From an uncultured Clostridia bacterium (lineage in GTDB: Bacteria; Bacillota; Clostridia; TANB77; CAG-508): DNA of 17,641 nucleotides. The notes beneath the pieces are model-generated. The model worked only from the letters and a program-made list of their open reading frames with translations. It made no database searches and was not told the origin of the DNA. Numbering within the stretch: position 1 is the stretch's first letter; each line of letters begins with the position of its first letter. Below, in pieces: positions 7,224 through 13,009 of the stretch. Location of the stretch: contig CATKGX010000098.1 of NCBI GenBank assembly GCA_949747775.1, positions 1 to 17,641 on the forward strand, in the 5' to 3' direction. Both the position numbers and the translations under genes were made by a program.

Positions 7224-8915
7224 TCATTTATTTTTAAAATAAGGAATTAATTTAATTTTTTGAGGAGAAATAATCTTTTCACCATCTGATAAAAAAGCAA
7301 GACAAGAAAAATTTTCTAGTTCTTGTGTGAAAAATTTTGTATCGTAAATATAATCAGTTTGGAGGTGGGTGTTTAAAGTCTCAGAAATGCTAGAATTATT
7401 AGAGTGAAAAGTTTTTAATAAATAATTATAATTTGTTTCTTTTGCATTTTCAGAAATTGATTTTGAAACTTTTTTCTTGTCTTCTTTTCCAATTTGCTTT
7501 TGTGCACTTTCTATTGTATAAATGTCATCTGTACGAAACCAAAATTTATTGACTAGATTTTGAATAATCACTTGTACAGCATATTGTTGATTAAGTGTAT
7601 TCAAAAGAGAAGTATAACTTTGCGTTGCAACAATATTAATACATTTAGCTTCACGGCTTTGTGAAAAAAATTGACTATCAGAAACAGTACAATATTCACT
7701 ATATTCGTCAGAAATAAATACAGCTGGTTTAAATTGCAAATTGGTATTATTAGCTAAACGACACATAACTTCTGTTTGAAAATCTAACTTTAAATAGGCA
7801 GCAATAATCTTAGATAAATTCTTATATTCCGCAATATTAAGATTTAAAACAACGATTTTCCCTGAAGCGAGAGCATCTTCAAAACCAGGAAAATTAAGTT
7901 CTTGAGGTTTGGGGCAAAATGTACGAAATATAGAATAGTCAGATATAAAACAACTAGTAATTCTTGTAATTTCAGATTTCAAAATGGAAAAAGTTCGGGA
8001 ATCCAAAGCAAAGAATTCTTTTTCAAAAAAATTTAAAGCAGATAAAAGGTCGTATGTATCAGAATGGCTAAAAAATCCGTTTATAAAATATTCTCTTAAT
8101 ATAGAAAATTTTTCTTTATAGTAAAGCTCTTGTGTTATAATCTTATGAATCTCTTCAAAAGTCACGTAACCATTATTATATAGCCTACATAGTTTAATAG
8201 CTTCTGTTAAGGCTGTTTCGGCTTTGTCAATCCAATAGGACTCAGAATTGTTGGGCGAAAGAAGCAGTAAAATATCTTTAAGCCTATTTGCAAGTACAGA
8301 AGCCTTTAAGTGGGGCTTATGAAGAGGATTGTAACGGAATGCACCATCTAATTCAATAACAATTAAGTCATTTAATCGGTGATATTTTTCACAAAACTCC
8401 CTTACCTTTAAGTAATAATTTCCCTTCACATCCAAAACGAGCATAGGAAGTCTTTGACAGTTAGCAATAAATTGCTCAGTAAAAGGATACATAGCACTAC
8501 TCGTTTTACCAGTACCAATTGTTCCAGTAATTAAAATGTTTTGAAATAAGCTTTTTTCTGGTAAATAGATAGATGTTGATAAAAGAGAATTACCTACGTA
8601 TAAGCAAAGAGAAGAATTATAGTCGCTAAAATTATGGATACGAACAGTTAAAGAATTATGATGATTTTTTAATTTATTTATAAAATCCATTAAATTATAA
8701 AATTTGTTTGGTAAAAAAATAGTGAAAAATGAAAAAACAAAACGATATAATAAATTGGAAATTAAAATGCTAGAAAAAAGATAGGTAATCAAAAATGATA
8801 ACTTAATGTAATGCCATAATTCAGGATTTTTAAGGCAAATATCAAAAGGATGTATTCCATAGGTAATAATAACAGATGTAGCAGTAAAAATAGGGGAAAA
8901 ATAGGAATAACCCAA
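7224..8915 (-). CDS. Type IV coupling protein-like ATPase (TraG/TraD/VirD4 family)
   Basis: 563 aa from TTG 8915. N-terminal TM helices, Walker A GTIGTGKTS (8499-8525), DVKGNYY, an all-helical insert, and Walker B VFISDEYSEY. Then SREAKCINIVATQSYTSL and FWFRTDDIYTIESAQKQIGK, which follow the T4CP C-terminal pattern (DEf..R..gI...QS..QL....d.eTa..iS..lG). The true start may lie upstream (up to 8963); see findings. Confidence 0.75.
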   Translation of the reverse strand: MGYSYFSPIFTATSVIITYGIHPFDICLKNPELWHYIKLSFLITYLFSSILISNLLYRFVFSFFTIFLPNKFYNLMDFINKLKNHHNSLTVRIHNFSDYNSSLCLYVGNSLLSTSIYLPEKSLFQNILITGTIGTGKTSSAMYPFTEQFIANCQRLPMLVLDVKGNYYLKVREFCEKYHRLNDLIVIELDGAFRYNPLHKPHLKASVLANRLKDILLLLSPNNSESYWIDKAETALTEAIKLCRLYNNGYVTFEEIHKIITQELYYKEKFSILREYFINGFFSHSDTYDLLSALNFFEKEFFALDSRTFSILKSEITRITSCFISDYSIFRTFCPKPQELNFPGFEDALASGKIVVLNLNIAEYKNLSKIIAAYLKLDFQTEVMCRLANNTNLQFKPAVFISDEYSEYCTVSDSQFFSQSREAKCINIVATQSYTSLLNTLNQQYAVQVIIQNLVNKFWFRTDDIYTIESAQKQIGKEDKKKVSKSISENAKETNYNYLLKTFHSNNSSISETLNTHLQTDYIYDTKFFTQELENFSCLAFLSDGEKIISPQKIKLIPYFKNK

Positions 8916-8959
8916 AGAAATAAAAATGCCAAAAAATAAAATAATAAAAATAAAGCGTT

Positions 8960-9118
8960 TTATAAACTCACCTTCTTAGATTGGATATTTAATTTTGAAC
9001 CTTGTTTGTTGTGGAAAACTTTTATATCAAAGAATAAATAAATCGAATAAAAAGTAATAAAAAGATTCATAATAAAAACAATAAAAAATAAATCAATTGG
9101 CTTTATAAAAAACACCAC
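8960..9118 (-). CDS. Possible small single-pass membrane protein, first cistron of the T4SS-like operon
   Basis: GGAGG (9123-9119) is followed immediately by in-frame GTG GTG, then a hydrophobic stretch FFIKPIDLFFIVFIMNLFITFYSIYLFF and a basic tail. Its TAA overlaps the upstream extension of the ATPase frame. Start codon spacing is poor, so this is uncertain. Confidence 0.3.
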   Translation of the reverse strand: MVFFIKPIDLFFIVFIMNLFITFYSIYLFFDIKVFHNKQGSKLNIQSKKVSL

Positions 9119-9133
9119 CCTCCAATGCAGACA

Positions 9134-9189
9134 ATCATACAACAAAATTTACCATTTGTCTATACTTTTTTTTAAAAATGTGATAAAAT
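9134..9189. promoter_or_regulatory. Divergent promoter region (T4SS-like operon leftward, DUF1858 gene rightward)
   Basis: Minus strand: TAGACA (9162-9157), 17 nt, TATGAT (9139-9134), or alternatively the extended -10 TGgTAAATT (9154-9146). Plus strand: extended -10 TGaTAAAAT (9181-9189). None is verified. Confidence 0.35.
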
Positions 9190-9231
9190 AATTTAGAAAG
9201 TGAAAAAATTGGAGAAAAAGGAGGAATGAAA

Positions 9232-9420
9232 ATGAAATTTAGTAAAGAAACAAAAATAGGAGAGTTATTACAAGAAGCACCAGAAAAAGCAGAAATATTA
9301 CAAGAAGCAGGAATGCACTGTTTAGGATGCCCAGCATCACAAGCAGAGACATTAGAAGAAGCATGTGAAGTACATGGAATAGATGTAGAAGAACTATTAG
9401 AAAAAATAAATGCTGAATAA
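9232..9420 (+). CDS. DUF1858-type small redox-disulfide protein (hybrid-cluster-protein-associated CxxC family)
   Basis: About 62 aa with ...IGELLQEAPEKAEILQEAGMHCLGCPASQAETLEEAC.VHGID...LL..IN, characteristic of DUF1858. ATG 9232 is 7 nt after AAGGAGG, whereas ATG 9226 is only 1 nt after it. Confidence 0.8.
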   Translation: MKFSKETKIGELLQEAPEKAEILQEAGMHCLGCPASQAETLEEACEVHGIDVEELLEKINAE

Positions 9421-9455
9421 AAATACAAAAAAATATAAAATTTTCAAAATAAGTA

Positions 9456-9484
9456 TTGACAAATACAAAAAAATGGAGTAAAAT
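9456..9484 (+). promoter_or_regulatory. Promoter of the tRNA-Lys/Glu/Thr operon
   Basis: Consensus TTGACA (9456-9461), 17-nt spacer, TAAAAT (9479-9484), about 50 nt upstream of the first tRNA. Confidence 0.7.
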
Positions 9485-9535
9485 TAAACTTGCGTTTAGC
9501 TAGTTAACAAAAACATAAACGCAAGCTTAAAATCT

Positions 9536-9611
9536 GGGTCATTAGCTCAGGTGGTAGAGCACTTGACTTTTAATCAAGTTGTCCGCGGTTCGAATCCGCG
9601 ATGGCTCACCA
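9536..9611 (+). tRNA. tRNA-Lys (anticodon UUU)
   Basis: Hand-folded cloverleaf: acceptor GGGTCAT/ATGGCTC, D arm GCTC..GAGC, anticodon arm CTTGA-CTTTTAA-TCAAG, T arm CGCGG-TTCGAAT-CCGCG, encoded CCA. 76 nt. Confidence 0.95.
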
Positions 9612-9652
9612 ACCTAGGATTTAAGTTAAGCTTAAATCCTAGCCAGATTTTT

Positions 9653-9727
9653 GGCCCCTTGGTCAAGCGGTTAAGACATCGCCCTTTCACGGCGGAGACA
9701 TGGGTTCGATTCCCGTAGGGGTCACCA
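9653..9727 (+). tRNA. tRNA-Glu (anticodon UUC)
   Basis: Acceptor GGCCCCT/AGGGGTC, anticodon arm TCGCC-CTTTCAC-GGCGG, T arm ATGGG-TTCGATT-CCCGT, encoded CCA. 75 nt. Confidence 0.95.
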
Positions 9728-9741
9728 ATTAATTTAATATT

Positions 9742-9818
9742 GCCACTTTAGCTCAGCTGGCCAGAGCACCGCACTTGTAATGCGGGGGTCCCCAGTTCGA
9801 ATCTGGGAAGTGGCTCCA
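9742..9818 (+). tRNA. tRNA-Thr (anticodon UGU)
   Basis: Acceptor GCCACTT/AAGTGGC, anticodon arm CCGCA-CTTGTAA-TGCGG, T arm CCCAG-TTCGAAT-CTGGG, encoded CCA. 77 nt. Confidence 0.95.
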
Positions 9819-9824
9819 AATAAG

Positions 9825-9863
9825 GTCAGTAGTCTTGAATTATTCTTGATTACTGACTTTTTT
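9825..9863 (+). terminator. Rho-independent terminator of the tRNA operon
   Basis: Stem GTCAGTA (9825-9831) / TACTGAC (9851-9857), with extra inner pairs, followed by TTTTTT (9858-9863). Confidence 0.75.
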
Positions 9864-9979
9864 GTAGTAGAATGTCAATAACGGAGATAGAACCTCTGAG
9901 GTTCAAAGTCAGGGCTATATCAATAGATTCGGTTCTGTGTCAATAGTTGGGATAAAACATCTGAAAAGTGTTTTATCCC

Positions 9980-10023
9980 AAAATGAAAAGGCAAAAGCCT
10001 TTCGGCTCATAGCTGAAAGGCTT
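9980..10023 (-). terminator. Terminator of the 239-aa gene (hairpin overlaps its stop codon)
   Basis: 9-bp stem AAGCCTTTC (9995-10003) / GAAAGGCTT (10015-10023). On the minus strand it is followed by the T-rich TTGCCTTTTCATTTT. The stop codon TGA sits in the loop. A second 11-bp hairpin, GGGATAAAACA/TGTTTTATCCC, lies at 9949-9979. Confidence 0.6.
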
Positions 10024-10726
10024 GTTTGTGCATTTTTATTGCTTGAGAGAGTTTATCATTCAAAAATTCTAAAGTAGGTTTGTCAATCGAATTTCTAAAA
10101 TATAACTTATAGTACTTAATTTGCATTTTCAAAAAATCAATTTCCTTTTCAATGCAGACTAATAAAGCAGTTTTGTTTGCTTTGCGAATTTCCAAAAGGT
10201 GATTTAAACGATCTCCAAGAAGCCGACGCATTTGGCTGATAATATTGGCATCTAAAATAAGCATAATAACACCTTTTTTGAGTAGCCATCTAATTGCAAA
10301 ACTTCCTGTATCATATGCAATGGCAATATTATCTACAGAAACACCTTCTACATATTTATTAGCAATATCTTGGATTTCTTCTGCAGAAAAATCATCCAGA
10401 TATTCCTGACGCATTTTGAGAAGGTCCTTAAAGTGTGCAATAGACGCAGTAGAACTATTTTGCACGTTATTGCTACTATAGTTAGCAGCAGCTTTGGATT
10501 GTAATCTTTGACAAGTCTTAGTATCAACAAGGCAACAGATTACTGCAAAATCCCGTACTTTGTAAAAAGTACTCTCAGAAATACCATATTTCTGTTTAAA
10601 AAAGCTACGAGCAAAATTTAGGTCAGAGTCGGCGTATTCAGTGACTATTTTGGCAATATTTTCATTAGATAGACTATGCCGATGTTTAAAATCTATGAAC
10701 TTTTGATAAAGACTCTTTTTTGCCAC
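10007..10726 (-). CDS. Hypothetical protein, possibly DNA-binding (HTH-like segments), function unknown
   Basis: 239-aa ORF that is GC-elevated relative to its neighbours (hand counts of 23-24 G+C per 60 nt at 10381-10500). Helix-turn-helix-like stretches (ISESTFYKVRDFAV; VSVDNIAIAYDTGSFAIRWLLKKG). No family recognised. Confidence 0.6.
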   Translation of the reverse strand: MAKKSLYQKFIDFKHRHSLSNENIAKIVTEYADSDLNFARSFFKQKYGISESTFYKVRDFAVICCLVDTKTCQRLQSKAAANYSSNNVQNSSTASIAHFKDLLKMRQEYLDDFSAEEIQDIANKYVEGVSVDNIAIAYDTGSFAIRWLLKKGVIMLILDANIISQMRRLLGDRLNHLLEIRKANKTALLVCIEKEIDFLKMQIKYYKLYFRNSIDKPTLEFLNDKLSQAIKMHKQAFQL

Positions 10727-10826
10727 GGTTATCTCTCCCTTTAATTAAAGTAAGTAGAGAAAAGAATGTCTTACTTAATGATTATACATAAAATTATGTA
10801 AATAGTCAAGAGAATCAAGTAAAAGA

Positions 10827-10855
10827 TTGAAATGTTAAGGTAAATTTTGTATAAT
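10827..10855 (+). promoter_or_regulatory. Putative promoter of the SDR gene
   Basis: TTGAAA (10827-10832), 17-nt spacer, TATAAT (10850-10855). Confidence 0.55.
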
Positions 10856-10894
10856 AGAAAATAGTTAAGTAAAAACATATGGAGGAAATGAAAT

Positions 10895-11632
10895 ATGATA
10901 CCCAAAAAAACAGTAATTGTAACAGGGGGCTCTAGAGGAATTGGAGCAGAGATTGTAAAAAAGTTAGCAAATGAAGATTACCAAGTAGTATTAAATTATT
11001 ATCAGTCAAAAGAAAAAGCAGAAGAAATTCAAAGAGAACTAAAAATAGAAGGAAAAAATATAGAAATCTTTAAAGCAGATGTATCTAGAAGAGAAGAAGT
11101 AAAAAGACTAGTAGAGTTTACATTGGAGAAATATAAAAATATAGATGTTTTAATTAACAATGCAGGCATATCACAGACAAAGTTATTCACAGATATCACA
11201 GATGAAGATTGGAATAATATGATTCAGAACAACCTGACATCAGCATTTTATTGTTCACAAGAAGTAATACCAACAATGATTTTTAATAAAAAAGGATGCA
11301 TCATTAATATTTCTTCTATATGGGGAATGGTAGGAGGTTCATGTGAAGTACATTATAGTGTTTCAAAAGCTGGCTTAGATGGAATGACAAAAGCACTTGC
11401 TAAAGAATTAGGACCTTCGAATATAAGAGTAAATAGTATTGCACCAGGAGCAACAGATACAGATATGAATAAAGAAGTTACATCAGAAGAATGGGAAGAA
11501 ATAAAAGAGGAAATTCCTTTGGGAAAAATAGGAAGAACGATTGATATTGCAAAATGTGTCAAATGGTTAATTGAAGACGAGTATACAACAGGTCAAGTGA
11601 TTTCTCCAAATGGAGGATGGGTAATTGTATAA
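10895..11632 (+). CDS. Short-chain dehydrogenase/reductase, FabG-like 3-oxoacyl-ACP reductase family
   Basis: 245 aa. Cofactor motif TGGSRGIG, NNAG, and catalytic YSVSKAG (Y-x3-K). GGAGG RBS 9 nt upstream. Confidence 0.9.
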   Translation: MIPKKTVIVTGGSRGIGAEIVKKLANEDYQVVLNYYQSKEKAEEIQRELKIEGKNIEIFKADVSRREEVKRLVEFTLEKYKNIDVLINNAGISQTKLFTDITDEDWNNMIQNNLTSAFYCSQEVIPTMIFNKKGCIINISSIWGMVGGSCEVHYSVSKAGLDGMTKALAKELGPSNIRVNSIAPGATDTDMNKEVTSEEWEEIKEEIPLGKIGRTIDIAKCVKWLIEDEYTTGQVISPNGGWVIV

Positions 11633-11640
11633 AACAAAAG

Positions 11641-11671
11641 AGCATTGAGATAGAATCTCAATGCTTTTTTA
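11641..11671. terminator. Bidirectional Rho-independent terminator (SDR gene / CBM-like gene)
   Basis: Stem AGCATTGAGA (11641-11650) / TCTCAATGCT (11656-11665), 5-nt loop, TTTTTT downstream and an A-rich run upstream. Confidence 0.8.
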
Positions 11672-12136
11672 CTAATCTATATTTTTAATTTTTCTTTTAT
11701 AATTACCAGAAATAATCTTTGGTAAATATGTAATTATTTTATAAACAGCAAGTCTTACTTTTTTACTCCAAAGGTAAGTTTTTCTTAATCTTCTAGGACC
11801 AGAGATAGAAGTATCTTCTTTTATAACTAAAGCAAGTTCAACTTTCTCAATAGGAAAAATATAATTTTCTGCATCATTATTGTCCCATACTTGATTACCA
11901 TCTCTAAAACAGAAATTTAAAGTATCTGAAGAAATAAGGTTAATTTCTGCCTGAAAACCTAATTCAGTTCTAACCATTTTTACTTCATTTAAACTTTCCC
12001 AATTTAATCCAAATCCATAATGAAGATAAACTTCTTCACTATTTTCTTGAAAAAGCTTTCCTGTATATGAAATTTTAACACAAGTATTTTCTACAAGTTT
12101 ATCTGTGTTAAAAAAAATATTTTTCACCAATTCCAT
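11672..12136 (-). CDS. Small protein with a CBM25/CBM53-like (starch-binding-type) module and a basic C-terminal tail
   Basis: 154 aa with AAGGAG RBS 7 nt upstream. Pattern YLHYGFG..W........G.......L.FCF.....WDNN...NY resembles the L(D/N)F.F....WDNN.G.(D/N)(F/Y) signature of CBM25/53 modules. No signal peptide. Confidence 0.5.
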   Translation of the reverse strand: MELVKNIFFNTDKLVENTCVKISYTGKLFQENSEEVYLHYGFGLNWESLNEVKMVRTELGFQAEINLISSDTLNFCFRDGNQVWDNNDAENYIFPIEKVELALVIKEDTSISGPRRLRKTYLWSKKVRLAVYKIITYLPKIISGNYKRKIKNID

Positions 12137-12180
12137 TTTAATTCTCCTTATTTATCTCTTGTTTAATCTTAATACAACTA

Positions 12181-12209
12181 ATTATATTATTAAAGAACAA
12201 AATATTCAA
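12181..12209 (-). promoter_or_regulatory. Putative promoter of the CBM-like gene
   Basis: Minus strand: TTGAAT (12209-12204), 17-nt spacer, TATAAT (12186-12181). Confidence 0.5.
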
Positions 12210-12243
12210 TAGTTTTTTGAAAAAATCATCATAAAATGTAAAA

Positions 12244-12831
12244 TTAAAATATAATACCAGTATTTGTTCCAATAACTTTACCAATAATATTAAAAGAATC
12301 ATCTTCATAAATCGAGATTTCTTCTACTTCTTTATTATCAGCTCTTAATACTAATTTATCCCTTCGAACAATAAAACGTCTAATAACAACTTTACCATCG
12401 TATTCAAAAACACCAATTTCTCTATTATTAAGTGGTGAATTTAACTCTACAAAAGCATATACGTCTTTAGGAAGTTTTGGTTCCATACTATTGTCAGGAA
12501 CTTTAATAGCAAGTGCAGCACTAGGCAAGCTTGCTGGACACTCCATAAAAGAGTGAATAGAATCTACTGCTAAAACTTTGTTATAAGCAATACGATTAGG
12601 AGCTTTATAAAATTCCTGATCATCTGATAAATATTTGTCATATGTATACATTAAAGGTTGATAAGGAACTTCTAATGCTTTGCAAATAGTACGTAAAGCT
12701 TTATGGCTAGGATTTCTCTCACCTTTTTCAATATGGGTAAGATGTCCTATATTGATACCCGTTTCCTTAGCAAGGTCTGTTTTTGAAACTTTTTTTTCTT
12801 TACGAATTCTTGCTATTATATCACCTATCAT
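12244..12831 (-). CDS. XRE-family HTH repressor with C-terminal S24 (LexA/CI-like) peptidase domain
   Basis: 195 aa. N-terminal HTH_3-type VSKTDLAKETGINIGHLTHIEKGERNPS. C-terminal S24 fold with DNSMEP (Ser115) and ...GKVVIRRF... AAGAGG RBS upstream. Confidence 0.85.
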   Translation of the reverse strand: MIGDIIARIRKEKKVSKTDLAKETGINIGHLTHIEKGERNPSHKALRTICKALEVPYQPLMYTYDKYLSDDQEFYKAPNRIAYNKVLAVDSIHSFMECPASLPSAALAIKVPDNSMEPKLPKDVYAFVELNSPLNNREIGVFEYDGKVVIRRFIVRRDKLVLRADNKEVEEISIYEDDSFNIIGKVIGTNTGIIF

Positions 12832-12938
12832 GAGTACTCAACCTCTTTCTTTAGAAATTTAATTAAATTATACATAAAAAACAAAGAAATGTCTAGTAGA
12901 ATTTGGAGGTTTTTGTAAAAAACTGCCTAAAAAGAATA

Positions 12939-12967
12939 TTGTAAAAAAATATAAACTATGGTAATAT
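12939..12967 (+). promoter_or_regulatory. Possible promoter of the VanW-family gene
   Basis: TTGTAA (12939-12944), 17-nt spacer, TAATAT (12962-12967). This is a weak call in AT-rich DNA. Confidence 0.3.
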
Positions 12968-13009
12968 TATTTCAAATTGTATGATACAATAAATAGAGGG
13001 AGAAAAGAT

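Larger units (their letters stand above)
5630..9162 (-). mobile_element. Putative decayed conjugative-element fragment or domesticated T4SS-like membrane module (4-5 genes)
   Basis: Gene content and order (T4CP, VirB2-like, VirB6-like, PrgI/VirB3-like) match the start of Firmicutes conjugation transfer operons. No integrase, relaxase, VirB4 or att repeats were seen, so mobility is unproven. Confidence 0.3.

Noticed and set aside
7224-8915. Alternative reading of the 563-aa ATPase as VirB4, FtsK/SpoIIIE or HerA-like
   Set aside because: The N-terminal TM anchor, the size, the helical insert between Walker A and B, and the post-Walker-B pattern (R..cI...TQS...L ... TDD..T.ESA...IGK) fit coupling proteins best. 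This rests on motif reading only and needs HMM confirmation.
9135-9428. 97-aa minus-strand ORF antisense to the DUF1858 gene
   Set aside because: It overlaps a recognisable plus-strand CDS and the divergent promoter region. It has a Ser/Cys/Asn-rich shadow translation and no RBS.
12244-12831. Calling the S24 repressor LexA
   Set aside because: The DNA-binding domain is an XRE/HTH_3 type, not the LexA winged helix. No GAAC-N4-GTTC (Cheo) box was found in its upstream region, and the catalytic Lys appears to be substituted.
12977-13009. Upstream ATG (12977) as the VanW gene start
   Set aside because: It has no RBS and overlaps -10-like TATGAT/TACAAT hexamers. ATG 13010 has GAGGGAG at ideal spacing.
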